A DNA stretch of 64,000 nt from NCBI GenBank assembly GCA_029247365.1, contig JAQWLJ010000002.1, positions 73,111-137,110 of the forward strand. The letters are read 5' to 3'. The position numbers were made by a program, and so were the translations under genes. The notes under the pieces were generated by a model. That model had not been told where the DNA came from, ran no database searches, and saw only the letters and a list, made by a program, of their open reading frames with translations. Numbering within the stretch: position 1 is the first letter of the stretch; each line of letters opens with the position of its first letter. The stretch comes from Acidimicrobiales bacterium. Lineage in GTDB: Bacteria > Actinomycetota > Acidimicrobiia > Acidimicrobiales > Aldehydirespiratoraceae. This document shows, piece by piece, positions 20,157 through 29,400 of the stretch.

Positions 20157-22499
20157 CTAGAGGGCGAGAAGGATGACGAAGGCGCCAGCCAAGAGGGCAG
20201 CGCCGGCAAACATGATTGCGGCGTAGTTCTGGACCTTGCCGGAGTTGATGGCGCGGAGTTCTTCGCCGGAGGCGTCGGAGACACGACCCGACAGGTTGAC
20301 GGCGCCGTCGACGATGGTCTGGTCGATCTTGTGGTACACGAGTTGGCCGGTCTGCACGGCGGACTCGCCCGCCTTGTTGACCATGCCGTCGATGACGTTC
20401 TGGTTGACCCAGTTCACCGCTCGAGCGAGCGGGCCCTTTGTGAACCCGGCGATGACGCCGGTGTACAGGTGATCGAGGTAGTACTTGTTCACCAGCAGGT
20501 TGTGGCCGGCCCGGGCAAAAACGTTGGTGGTAGTAACCCCGTTGGGCATGCCGACCAGCGACTCGCCAAGTTGCTTGGAAAGTCGGTCGAGTCGAACGAA
20601 GTAGTAGTAGTACGCGAACGCGGCACCCACGACGGCGACCAGCGACGCAACGATGGCGAGCGACCAGCTCGGTGTGGCGTGTCCCACTGCAGGGAAGTAC
20701 GACGAACCAGCGGGTTCGATGAAGTGGAGGAAGCGTTCCTGCCAGCCTGAGGGATTCTTCTTCGAACCGGTGAGGAAACCGGGCGGGAAGTTGACGAAAC
20801 CAATGAGGATCGAGAACGCCGACAGGATGTAGAGCGGGTAGAGGATTCGAGGGCCCGATTCATGCGGCTCACCATGGTGAGCATGATCGTCGGCGTGGTC
20901 GTCGGCGTGGTCCTCATGATGGCCACCGCGGTACTCGCCGTGGAACGTGAGGTAGACGCAGCGGGTCATGTAGGCGGCAGTGAGCGCAGCGCCGATCATG
21001 CCCATGACGAAGTGGAAGGTGTAACTGCCCGGAGCCGCACCGCTACCGCCGAGCACACCCCACCCACCGGTGTTGACAAGAATCTCATCCTTGGACCAGA
21101 AGCCCGCGAGCGGGAACACACCGGCAAGCGCCAGCGAACCGATCACAAACGTGATGTAGGTCTTCGGCATGAACTTCCGCATACCGCCCATGTCGCGCTT
21201 CATGTCGAAGCTGTGGACGGCATGCGCAACCGAGCCCGAACCGAGGAACAGGTTGGCCTTGAAGAAAGCGTGGGTGAAGAGGTGGAACACTGCCGCAGTC
21301 CAGGCGCCAACGCCAAGGGCCATCGCCATGTAGCCGAGCTGCGAAACCGTCGAGTAGGCGAGCACCTTCTTGATGTCGTCCTGCACAAACGCCAGCAGAC
21401 CCGCACCGACCACGGTGATCGCACCAACGGTGGCGAGCAGGTTGATGCTCGAGCCTTCGATCTGCATGCCTTCCCAGAAGACCGGGTACAGGCGGGCGAC
21501 CATGTAGATACCGGCGACGACCATGGTGGCGGCGTGGATGAGCGCCGACACAGGCGTCGGACCGGCCATGGCGTCGGGCAGCCAGGTATGCAGCACGAAC
21601 TGGCCCGACTTCGACATGACGGCGGCTGTGAGACACGCCGCCGCAACGACCAGCGCTGTGTGGCTGACGCCACCCTGCACGATGGCCTCGTTGATCTTGA
21701 TGGTGTCGAAGGTCGTGCCACCACCGGCAGCGAAGAAGAGCGTGATCATGCCAACCAAGAGGCCAACGTCGCCGACACGGTTGGTGAGGAAGGCCTTCAG
21801 CGCGGCATCGCTGTTGGGCTTCTCTTCCCACCAGTGGCCGATAAGGGCGAACGAACAGACACCGACGAGCTCCCAGCCGACGATCATCTGAAGAATGTTG
21901 TCGCTGAGGACGAAGAACAGCATCGACGCAGTGAACAGTGACAAGAACGCAAAGAAGTGCGTATAGCGCCGATCGCCGCTGACATAGTCGGTCGAGTAGA
22001 TGTGCACCAGCAGCGAGATGAACGTGACGACGAAGAGCATCATCACGCTGAGGCCATCGACCATGATCCCGGCGTTGAATTCGATACCCCCAGACTGCAG
22101 CCACTGGGTGGACTGCTGCACGGCGACGTAGGCGTGGGTCCCGCCGTCGCCCGCTTCAGCAGCGAGGGTGCCAACCGCGTACTCGGCGGTGTCGCTCGCA
22201 GAGCCCGCACCGTCGCTCAAGGCAATGGCGTGCTCGTCGTCGTGCTTTTCGAGCTCGAAGTTGTCGCGGTGATCCATCCACGCAACACCGCTGAGGATCG
22301 CAAGGACGAACGACGCTGACACGGCAGCGATGCCGATCTCGGCGCCCTTGTATGGCATGCGCTTGCCGAAGAACAGGATCAGGACGAATGAGATCGCCGG
22401 GAGCAGTGGGATGATCCACGCGTTCTCCAGGAACCAGTTGGCGTCGTTGGTGACGGTGGTGACCTTCGAGACGGCGTCGGCAGCGAGGGTGGCGAACAC
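20157..22499 (-). CDS. nuoL: NADH-quinone oxidoreductase subunit L (EFG-less set), extended
   Basis: 780 aa. HTWLPDAMAGPTPVSALIHAATMV block and a C-terminal lateral-helix region. Has an extra N-proximal insertion and a His/Asp-rich loop. Confidence 0.9.
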   Translation of the reverse strand: MFATLAADAVSKVTTVTNDANWFLENAWIIPLLPAISFVLILFFGKRMPYKGAEIGIAAVSASFVLAILSGVAWMDHRDNFELEKHDDEHAIALSDGAGSASDTAEYAVGTLAAEAGDGGTHAYVAVQQSTQWLQSGGIEFNAGIMVDGLSVMMLFVVTFISLLVHIYSTDYVSGDRRYTHFFAFLSLFTASMLFFVLSDNILQMIVGWELVGVCSFALIGHWWEEKPNSDAALKAFLTNRVGDVGLLVGMITLFFAAGGGTTFDTIKINEAIVQGGVSHTALVVAAACLTAAVMSKSGQFVLHTWLPDAMAGPTPVSALIHAATMVVAGIYMVARLYPVFWEGMQIEGSSINLLATVGAITVVGAGLLAFVQDDIKKVLAYSTVSQLGYMAMALGVGAWTAAVFHLFTHAFFKANLFLGSGSVAHAVHSFDMKRDMGGMRKFMPKTYITFVIGSLALAGVFPLAGFWSKDEILVNTGGWGVLGGSGAAPGSYTFHFVMGMIGAALTAAYMTRCVYLTFHGEYRGGHHEDHADDHADDHAHHGEPHESGPRILYPLYILSAFSILIGFVNFPPGFLTGSKKNPSGWQERFLHFIEPAGSSYFPAVGHATPSWSLAIVASLVAVVGAAFAYYYYFVRLDRLSKQLGESLVGMPNGVTTTNVFARAGHNLLVNKYYLDHLYTGVIAGFTKGPLARAVNWVNQNVIDGMVNKAGESAVQTGQLVYHKIDQTIVDGAVNLSGRVSDASGEELRAINSGKVQNYAAIMFAGAALLAGAFVILLAL
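20889..20912. repeat. Perfect 12-bp tandem duplication (GTCGGCGTGGTC x2) inside nuoL
   Basis: Read directly from the sequence. On the coding strand it gives DHADDHAD within HHEDHADDHADDHAHHGEPHE. Confidence 0.9.
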
Positions 22500-22503
22500 A
22501 GCG

Positions 22504-22803
22504 TCAGCCCTTCAGCAGATCGGCCTCAGAGAGGTCGATACTGCGGCGGTTGCGGTACATGAGCAAGACGATGGCAAGACCGATGCCGACTTCGGCGGCA
22601 GCGACTGCGATCGTGAAGAGGGCGAACACGGCACCACCGACATCGTCGGTGAGCGTGCCGAACGCCACGAGGTTGATGTTGACGGCGTTGAGGATCAACT
22701 CAATCGACATCAATACGAGCATGCCGTTCTTGCGAACGAGGACGCCGTACACGCCGATACAGAACAGCACGGCGGCAAGCAGGAGGAACTGGTTGAGCAG
22801 CAT
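22504..22803 (-). CDS. nuoK: NADH-quinone oxidoreductase subunit K (EFG-less set)
   Basis: 99 aa with 3 TM segments and a [10 protein letters not shown] block. Confidence 0.9.
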   Translation of the reverse strand: MLLNQFLLLAAVLFCIGVYGVLVRKNGMLVLMSIELILNAVNINLVAFGTLTDDVGGAVFALFTIAVAAAEVGIGLAIVLLMYRNRRSIDLSEADLLKG

Positions 22804-22815
22804 GAGCGATCCTCC

Positions 22816-23346
22816 TCAGTCCTGCCGGGCCACGACGATGGCCCCGATGAGGGCGGCGAGCAGAAGCACGGACACGGCCTCGAACGGCACGATGTACTGG
22901 CTGAAGATCGAGTCGGACACCGTGGCCACCGACTGCGGTTCGTCCGCAGTGATCTCGGTATCGTCGAAGGAATCGACGAGTGCAAGGGCCATCACAGCGA
23001 AGAGCAGGATGCCGACGACGCTGGCCATCGCCCTTTTCTCATCGGCGACAGTTTCGTCGTCGCCCATCGACGCCCGCGTGAGCATGACACCGAACAAGAA
23101 CAGCACGATCACCGCGCCGATGTAGACAAGAATCTGCGTCACGGCGACAAACTCGGCACCGAGGAAGAGGAACTGGACGGCGACGCCGGCGAGCACGACG
23201 ACCAGCCACAGGGCGGCGTGTACCACGTTCTTGGTGGTCACGACCCGCAGCGCTGCGTAGACCATCACGGCGGCAATGACGCCCCAGAACGAGTTGACCA
23301 CCCACTTCTCGGTGGTGGTGAACTCGGCGAGAAGAAGACCGGTCAC
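22816..23346 (-). CDS. nuoJ: NADH-quinone oxidoreductase subunit J (EFG-less set)
   Basis: GTG 23346 overlaps the nuoI stop (GTGA). [26 protein letters not shown] blocks. Confidence 0.85.
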   Translation of the reverse strand: MTGLLLAEFTTTEKWVVNSFWGVIAAVMVYAALRVVTTKNVVHAALWLVVVLAGVAVQFLFLGAEFVAVTQILVYIGAVIVLFLFGVMLTRASMGDDETVADEKRAMASVVGILLFAVMALALVDSFDDTEITADEPQSVATVSDSIFSQYIVPFEAVSVLLLAALIGAIVVARQD

Positions 23347-23882
23347 GTTGCCGGCACCGTCTTCACCTTGGCCTCTGAACCAGCCTCGTAGGGCTCGAAG
23401 GCCGGGACCGTCTCCATCCACTCCGCAAGGCGCGACTTGTCATGGAGCAGGTCAGCGATGCGGGGCTCAGAGAACTCGTACTCCGGGCTCCAGAAGAGCG
23501 CATCGAACGGACAGACCTCGACACAGATGCCGCAATACATGCACAGCGCAAAGTCAATGTCGAAGCGATCGAGCGCGTTGACCTGACGGGGCTTGCCGCC
23601 GGCCCGGCGAGGTGGTGCCTTCTCCTTGTGGCCCTCGATATAGATGCACCAATCGGGGCACTCACGGGCACAGAGCATGCACGCCGTGCAGTTCTCCTCG
23701 TGCAGGGCGATGACGCCGCGGGCACGCGCCGGCGGTTCTTCCTTCTCGTGCGGGTACTGCACGGTCTCGGCGCCCTTGACGGGGTTCGGGATCGGCTTCT
23801 TGATCCCGTCAGGAAAGACGGTCCGCAAGATGGTGCCACCGGTGACACCGAGCCCCTTGATAAGTCCTGGTACGAGTCCCAT
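23343..23882 (-). CDS. nuoI: NADH-quinone oxidoreductase subunit I (EFG-less set)
   Basis: Start set at ATG 23882. Two CxxCxxCxxxCP motifs ([24 protein letters not shown]). Confidence 0.9.
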   Translation of the reverse strand: MGLVPGLIKGLGVTGGTILRTVFPDGIKKPIPNPVKGAETVQYPHEKEEPPARARGVIALHEENCTACMLCARECPDWCIYIEGHKEKAPPRRAGGKPRQVNALDRFDIDFALCMYCGICVEVCPFDALFWSPEYEFSEPRIADLLHDKSRLAEWMETVPAFEPYEAGSEAKVKTVPAT

Positions 23883-23890
23883 AGCGAGTC

Positions 23891-24919
23891 CTAGAAGGCG
23901 ACCTTGAGCACGCCGGTGACCACGATGTTGGCCAGGGCGATTGGAATGAGGACCTTCCACGCCAGCTTCTGGAGCTGATCCTCGCGGAAGCGGGGGAAGG
24001 TGAAGCGAACCCAGAACACGACGAACGTGAGCACGACGATCTTCGTGATCAACACGATCGGGCCGAGGACGTTCATGATGTTGTCGGCAGGGTCGATACC
24101 GGGGATGTACCAGCCGCCGAGGAAGAGCACCGCAGCAATCGCGCTGAACACGCCAGCGGTGGCGAACTCGCCGATGAAGAAGAGCAGGAACCGCATACCG
24201 GAGTACTCGGTCATATAGCCAGTGACCAGCTCCGACTCGGCGATCGGCATGTCGAACGGGGTCTGGGTGAGCTCGGCCTGCATCGCAACCATGAAGATCA
24301 GGAATGCCACACCCTGGGTCAGGATGTACGGGTTACCGATGACCCCCCAGCCGAAGATCTCGCCCTCGGCCTGGGCGAGCACGATGCCCTGCATGTTCAT
24401 TGTCTCAGCCTGGATGACGACGCCGAGCACGGCGAGAATCAGCGGCAGCTCGTAGGCAATGAGCTGGCCCGTAGCGCGCAGGCCGCCGAGCAGCGAATAC
24501 TTGGACGCGGAACCCCAACCAGCCATGAGAATGCCGATGACCGACACTGACGACACGGCCATCCCGAGGTAAATGCCGATCTCAGAGTCGACGAACCAGG
24601 CGTCGGGACCGCCGGGCACCACGACCACCAGCAGGAAGGTCGACATGAGCACCACGAATGGCGCCGCTGCGAAGACGAAGCGATCGGCCTTGCGAGGGAA
24701 GATGTCTTCCTTCTGGATGAACTTGCCTACCTCAGCGAGCAGCTGGAGCGAGCCGAACGGGCCCGCTTCCATCGGGCCGAGCCGGCTCTGCATGAACGAC
24801 ACCAGTTTGAACAGGTGGAGATACACCAGGGTGCCGGCGACCAGCAGCACAGCTGCGAGACCGCCCACGACGCGCAGCGTGGTCTGAGCCCACCAGGGAT
24901 CGGTGATAGCCGCGATCAT
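23891..24919 (-). CDS. nuoH: NADH-quinone oxidoreductase subunit H (EFG-less set)
   Basis: ATG 24919 overlaps the nuoD stop (ATGA). [14 protein letters not shown] and EYSGMRF blocks. Confidence 0.9.
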   Translation of the reverse strand: MIAAITDPWWAQTTLRVVGGLAAVLLVAGTLVYLHLFKLVSFMQSRLGPMEAGPFGSLQLLAEVGKFIQKEDIFPRKADRFVFAAAPFVVLMSTFLLVVVVPGGPDAWFVDSEIGIYLGMAVSSVSVIGILMAGWGSASKYSLLGGLRATGQLIAYELPLILAVLGVVIQAETMNMQGIVLAQAEGEIFGWGVIGNPYILTQGVAFLIFMVAMQAELTQTPFDMPIAESELVTGYMTEYSGMRFLLFFIGEFATAGVFSAIAAVLFLGGWYIPGIDPADNIMNVLGPIVLITKIVVLTFVVFWVRFTFPRFREDQLQKLAWKVLIPIALANIVVTGVLKVAF

Positions 24920-26088
24920 CGGTCGATGTCCCCCAAGATGAAGTACAGCGATCCCAGGATCGTGATGATGTCGGGCACGTAGACGCCCTTCAGCAGCCAC
25001 GGCGTGATCGAGATGTTGTTGAACGACGCCGAACGGATCTTGACTCGATACGGAACGAGATCGCCCTTCGACACGACGTAGTACCCCATCACGCCCAGCG
25101 GATTTTCGGTCTCGACGTAGGCCTCACCGGCGGGCACCTTGATGATGCGCGGCACCTTCGCCATGATCGGGCCGCCGGGCAGCCCATCGAGCAGCTGATC
25201 AACCATCTTCGTGCTCTCGCGCACCTCCTGGAGACGGACCCAGAAGCGGGCGAACGAATCACCGTCGACGTGGGTCCAGACCTTCCAGTCGAGCTCGTTG
25301 TGCACGAGGCCGCCCGGATTGTCGCGGCGGGTATCCCAGTCAACGCCCGAGGCGCGAATGTTGGCACCCGACAGGCCGTAGCTAAGACCGACGTCGGCAG
25401 GGATGACACCAATGCCACGGGTACGGGCCTCGAAGATCTCGTTGCCCTGCAACAGGCCTTCGATCTCGTCGCAGAAGTTGCGCATCTTCTTCATGGCGCG
25501 CTTGGTCTCAGTAATCCAGCCGGCTGGCAGGTCGTCCTTCAGGCCGCCGATGCGATCGAAGTTCGGATGGAAGCGGCCACCAGTGGCTGCCTCGATCTGG
25601 TTGAGGACGTGCTCACGGTCGCGGAAGGCGAAGAAGGCGGGGGTGACTGCGCCGACCTGCAGGCCCATGTCGCCGAGGAACAGCGAGATGTTGGCGATTC
25701 GGCTCATCTCGAAGAGGATCGTTCGGATCCACTGGGCTCGAGGCGGCGCCTCGACCTCCATGAGTTTCTCGGCGGCGAGGATGAACGGGACCTCGTTCGC
25801 GAAGCTACCGACCCAATCGATGCGGTTAATAAGGGTGGTGACCTGCGGGTACGTGCGAACCTCAGCGAGCTTCTCGTACCCGCGGTGCATGTAGCCCATG
25901 ATCGGATCAACCGCGATGACCTGCTCACCGTCGAGCTTGGCGACGATGCGCAACGTGCCATGTGTGGCCGGGTGCTGGGGCCCGATGTTGAGGGTCATGC
26001 CCTCAGTCTCAAGCTCTACGTTGACGCGGGCATCGGCGGCCTGGGCTGCGATGTAGGCGAGCTGCTCCCGATCCGAAATCGCCGTCAC
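24916..26088 (-). CDS. nuoD: NADH-quinone oxidoreductase subunit D (EFG-less set)
   Basis: GTG 26088 overlaps the nuoC stop. IGPQHPATHGTLRIV block and a C-terminal [11 protein letters not shown]. Confidence 0.9.
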   Translation of the reverse strand: MTAISDREQLAYIAAQAADARVNVELETEGMTLNIGPQHPATHGTLRIVAKLDGEQVIAVDPIMGYMHRGYEKLAEVRTYPQVTTLINRIDWVGSFANEVPFILAAEKLMEVEAPPRAQWIRTILFEMSRIANISLFLGDMGLQVGAVTPAFFAFRDREHVLNQIEAATGGRFHPNFDRIGGLKDDLPAGWITETKRAMKKMRNFCDEIEGLLQGNEIFEARTRGIGVIPADVGLSYGLSGANIRASGVDWDTRRDNPGGLVHNELDWKVWTHVDGDSFARFWVRLQEVRESTKMVDQLLDGLPGGPIMAKVPRIIKVPAGEAYVETENPLGVMGYYVVSKGDLVPYRVKIRSASFNNISITPWLLKGVYVPDIITILGSLYFILGDIDR

Positions 26089-26780
26089 GATGCGTCTCCA
26101 CTCTCGTCGTCGTCGCCGGGCATCTGTTCGACGTCGACAATGCCAGGCCACGGCTTCAGGCGGCGGGCGAGCAGCGGGTAGTCCTTGCGCAGCGGGTTCC
26201 CTTCGAAACCGCTCGGCAGATAGATGTGGCGCAGGCCCGGATGACCGTCGAAGGAGATTCCGTACATTTCCCAGCACTCACGCTCGTGCCAGTCAGCGCC
26301 AGCGAACACACCGGTCCACGAGGCGAGGGTGAGGTCGTCGTCGGGGACGTCAACCTTCAAGGTGACGCCGAGTCCGTTGACGATGTCATTGACACGGGCG
26401 AAGACTTGGAACCGGGTCTCGCCGCCGGTGACCCCATGTTCGAGCGAAGAGTCGATCTCGGAGGCCTCGTCGTGACCCAGCTCGATGTCGACTTGGGAGT
26501 CCATGTCGCGACCGAAGGGCGACGGCATCCAGTCGATAGCCGACAGGAAGTTGAAGTACTGGAAGCCCAGACCGGTCTTGAGGTAGTCGCCAGCGTCGAC
26601 CCACGCCTCGCGGGTGACACGGATCCAAAGATCGTCGTCGGGCGCGAGGTGGCTCTCGACCAGACCGTCACCAAGTTGGGCGGCGAGATGGGTGAGGAGG
26701 TCGCTGCGGGCGTTGTCGACGGCAGCCTCAGCCACGTCGGCGGTCTCTTCAGGGGTGTCAGTCGACGACAACCGGCTCAC
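26085..26780 (-). CDS. nuoC: NADH-quinone oxidoreductase subunit C (EFG-less set)
   Basis: 30-kDa subunit blocks ([28 protein letters not shown]). The start is uncertain; GTG 26780 is the nearest in-frame candidate to the nuoB stop. Confidence 0.8.
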   Translation of the reverse strand: MSRLSSTDTPEETADVAEAAVDNARSDLLTHLAAQLGDGLVESHLAPDDDLWIRVTREAWVDAGDYLKTGLGFQYFNFLSAIDWMPSPFGRDMDSQVDIELGHDEASEIDSSLEHGVTGGETRFQVFARVNDIVNGLGVTLKVDVPDDDLTLASWTGVFAGADWHERECWEMYGISFDGHPGLRHIYLPSGFEGNPLRKDYPLLARRLKPWPGIVDVEQMPGDDDESGDAS

Positions 26781-27258
26781 CCTTCCAACGCTCAGCCATG
26801 TCTTCGTTTTGGATGCGCTCCTGAAGCAACACGATGCCCTCAAGGAGCGCTTCGGGGCGAGGCGGACAGCCAGGTACATAGACGTCGACGGGGATGATCT
26901 GGTCGACACCCTTCGTGACGGAGTACGAGTCCCAATACGGGCCGCCACAGTTGGCACACGAGCCCATCGAGATCACGTACTTGGGTTCGGGCATCTGCTC
27001 GTACAGCCTTTTGACCGACGGGACCATCTTGTCGGTGACCGTGCCTGACACGACGAGGAGGTCGGCTTGGCGAGGAGATGCCGGCAACGGAATGACGCCG
27101 AGACGCATAACGTCGTAACGAGGCGACGCGAAGGCGGCGCCCATCTCGATCGCGCAGCACGCGAGACCCCACTGGTACACCCACATGGAGTACTTGCGGC
27201 TCATGTTCAGCAGCGTCTGGAGACCACCGCCGACCTTTCCGGATTCGACTAGGCCCAC
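26758..27258 (-). CDS. nuoB: NADH-quinone oxidoreductase subunit B (EFG-less set)
   Basis: N2-cluster ligand blocks [19 protein letters not shown] and GCPPRPE. Confidence 0.9.
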   Translation of the reverse strand: MGLVESGKVGGGLQTLLNMSRKYSMWVYQWGLACCAIEMGAAFASPRYDVMRLGVIPLPASPRQADLLVVSGTVTDKMVPSVKRLYEQMPEPKYVISMGSCANCGGPYWDSYSVTKGVDQIIPVDVYVPGCPPRPEALLEGIVLLQERIQNEDMAERWKGEPVVVD

Positions 27259-27614
27259 TTGAGCACTCCCTTGCGCCAGGCGTAGATCAGGCCCAGCAAG
27301 AGGATGAAGATGAAGATCGCCATCTCGATAAGGCCGAAGACTTCGTAAACCTCAAGCCGGGTAGCCCAGGGGAAGATGAAGACCGCTTCGACGTCGAACA
27401 TGACGAAGAGCAGGGCAAAGACGTAGTACCGGATGTTGGCCTGGGACCACATGTCGCCGGTGGGGTCGACGCCCGATTCATAGGCCTCGAGCTTGGCTTC
27501 GGTGGGCTTGCTGGGTCGGAAAATACGACCAAGACCAAGGAACGCGCCGACCAGCGCAACGCCGGTGAGACCGAAGATCCCAACGGTCAGGTAACTACGA
27601 AGAAAATCCGACAC
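27249..27614 (-). CDS. nuoA: NADH-quinone oxidoreductase subunit A (EFG-less set)
   Basis: 121 aa with 3 TM segments. YESG.DP and FDVE..F..PW blocks. GTG start. Confidence 0.9.
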   Translation of the reverse strand: MSDFLRSYLTVGIFGLTGVALVGAFLGLGRIFRPSKPTEAKLEAYESGVDPTGDMWSQANIRYYVFALLFVMFDVEAVFIFPWATRLEVYEVFGLIEMAIFIFILLLGLIYAWRKGVLKWA

Positions 27615-27870
27615 GAAAGGCGAGCCTACTCAGGGAATTTTGGGCAGAACAAAGCCGGGCACAGCACGTTTCCCAGCGCCGTGAGGCTACCGCCGAGCAG
27701 GGCTGTTCACCGTGATCAGGCCTCGCATTTTTGTGCTGACACTGCAGGAAATGAAGGCGACCCAGTCTTGGCCACCGTTCTCGGTCGCACATCGTCGGCG
27801 CTGGGGCCGAAACCGGGCGCATGTGTCTCGATGACGCAAGCCAGAGCTGGGCCGAACTGACCGGCCTCAA
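27615..27870 (-). promoter_or_regulatory. 256-nt gap, the only sizeable gap in the respiratory array; presumed promoter/leader of the EFG-less nuo operon
   Basis: Assigned by position only. No convincing -35/-10 or terminator could be read. The tracked ORF 27595-27870 lacks coding character. Confidence 0.3.
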
Positions 27871-28929
27871 TCATTCGGCGTACACGTCGTGTGGCGTGAC
27901 GGCATTCCAGAGGATGGTGCTCGGGTTGTAGGACACCGAGTCGGGCTGCGTTGTGCCGGTCGAATCGGTAGCCCGGGTACGGATCTGGTGGAGACCAGGG
28001 GTCAGCTCGGCTCGAAGCCGAAACGGCGTCCACGACCACCGGCCGGGCAGCTCAAGGAGTTCGGCGTCGTGCCATGGGCCGCCATCGAGCGACCAGTCAA
28101 CGGCAGTGACGCTGCCGGCACCACTTCGGGCATACCCGAGCACGTCAAGTGGGCCCGATACGACGACCTCACCCCACTCGAGTGCCAGTGAGCTCTTCAC
28201 CGGATGGATCGTGGCTGGGCCCCGATCGGTGCCATCGGGGTCGCGGTGGCGGTAGTAGATATCGTTGCGCCACGACGGAACCCACTCGACCGCAATGTCG
28301 ATCTGCTCGACCCACTTCATCGAGTAGGCACCGATCCAACCAGGCACGAGCAGGCGAGCGGGTGCGCCGTGGGCGGCGGTCAGCAGTTGGCCGTTCATCT
28401 CGAGCGCGATGAGCGTGTCAGGGTCACGGGCCTTGTCCAGCGGCATGCACATCCGGGGCGCTTCGCCCTCGGCGTTGTCATGATCAAGACCTCGGGGACT
28501 GACCCAGGCCGCCGCCGCAGCGGGCTCGGCGAGCGCGAGGACGTCGGCGAGGCGGGGGCCACGCCACGACGCCATGCCCATCGCACCGAGGATCCACTGG
28601 GTATCAGCTTCCAGCTTCGAGGGGGCGCGGCCGCCGACGAACTCGAATAACCGACGACCGTTCCCCGCGCACTCCAACCAGGCATCAACGTCGTACTGGG
28701 GTAGCGCCTGCAGATCGCTAAGCGACACGGTGACGGTTCGGCCCGCCGCGTCGCCAGCGATGGTGAGCGACCAACTGTCGGCATCGACTGCGGGAGCGTC
28801 ATCAACGTTGCAGACGAAGAAGCGATCGATCGGCGTCTGGTCGACCCCCAGCGCCATCGTGGTCGGCTCAAGGCTCCGCTTGTGCACCCGAAAGCCGACG
28901 TCGGACTTGCCGAAACCCGAGCCGGTCAT
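27871..28929 (-). CDS. Sulfite-oxidase-family molybdopterin oxidoreductase (Mo domain plus dimerisation-type domain), no evident signal peptide
   Basis: LECAGNGRR block (Mo-ligating Cys context CAGNxR). ATG 28929 overlaps the upstream stop (ATGA). Confidence 0.75.
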   Translation of the reverse strand: MTGSGFGKSDVGFRVHKRSLEPTTMALGVDQTPIDRFFVCNVDDAPAVDADSWSLTIAGDAAGRTVTVSLSDLQALPQYDVDAWLECAGNGRRLFEFVGGRAPSKLEADTQWILGAMGMASWRGPRLADVLALAEPAAAAAWVSPRGLDHDNAEGEAPRMCMPLDKARDPDTLIALEMNGQLLTAAHGAPARLLVPGWIGAYSMKWVEQIDIAVEWVPSWRNDIYYRHRDPDGTDRGPATIHPVKSSLALEWGEVVVSGPLDVLGYARSGAGSVTAVDWSLDGGPWHDAELLELPGRWSWTPFRLRAELTPGLHQIRTRATDSTGTTQPDSVSYNPSTILWNAVTPHDVYAE

Positions 28930-29396
28930 GGAGGCGTTCCGGCGAAGGGCACGACGCGAAGCGCCAACCACCGTGCGGTAGCCGCGAGCATCCCTCCTGG
29001 GCCACTGCGCGCCATCACGATCTGCAGCCGCCCAGCCACACCGGCTCCCGACGGGCGGGTTAGTTCGACCGTCATCGCCGCGACGGCAAAGATCACGATC
29101 ACCAACGCGACACCCGCTACCCCTCGACGCAGCGCCGGTACGACATCGACCGGTGGGGTCACCGCCACGACGAGCGCAGCGGCGAGGATGAGTAGACCGG
29201 TTGAGGGGCTTGCGTTGCGGGTCAGTTCAGCAACGTCGTCGCCCAACGAGAACCCGCTGAAGCGATCGTCGATGTACCCGACCACGGGCCCAAGGAGCAT
29301 GAGTGCTGCTGCGGCGGCGGTGACCACGATGACGACCTCACGCGCCTCGTCCCACGGAATCGGCAGTTCATCGGCGGGGGCATCGTCGGCCGCCAC
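28926..29396 (-). CDS. Small integral membrane protein, His-free, unknown function
   Basis: GTG 29396 lies 4 nt after the nuoN stop. About 156 aa with 3-4 hydrophobic segments. It is sandwiched by coupling overlaps. Confidence 0.5.
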   Translation of the reverse strand: MAADDAPADELPIPWDEAREVVIVVTAAAAALMLLGPVVGYIDDRFSGFSLGDDVAELTRNASPSTGLLILAAALVVAVTPPVDVVPALRRGVAGVALVIVIFAVAAMTVELTRPSGAGVAGRLQIVMARSGPGGMLAATARWLALRVVPFAGTPP

Positions 29397-29400
29397 GAGG

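Noticed and set aside
20862-21941. Long + strand ORFs antisense to the nuo genes (for example 20862-21941, 22330-23391, 30040-31110, 37082-38497, 40410-41867) and similar antisense ORFs elsewhere (59294-60400, 62695-63645).
   Set aside because: Their translations are Arg/Gly/His/Asp-rich low-complexity sequences. They lie fully inside genes with unmistakable family motifs on the other strand. This is the typical open-frame artefact of GC-rich DNA.
27595-27870. A 91-aa minus-strand ORF filling the 256-nt gap before the second nuoA, plus a GGCCG..CGGCC hairpin just after the SUOX-like stop.
   Set aside because: The ORF has poor codon bias and a Ser/Arg/Cys-rich translation. The hairpin has only a 5-bp stem and no U-tract, so neither a gene nor a terminator can be supported.
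28930-28971. A possible twin-arginine signal (SRRALRR) if the SUOX-like gene starts at 28971.
   Set aside because: No hydrophobic h-region follows the RR; the sequence continues NASMTGSGFGKSDVGFRVHKRS. That start would also overlap the upstream gene by 46 nt. ATG 28929 with an ATGA overlap fits better.
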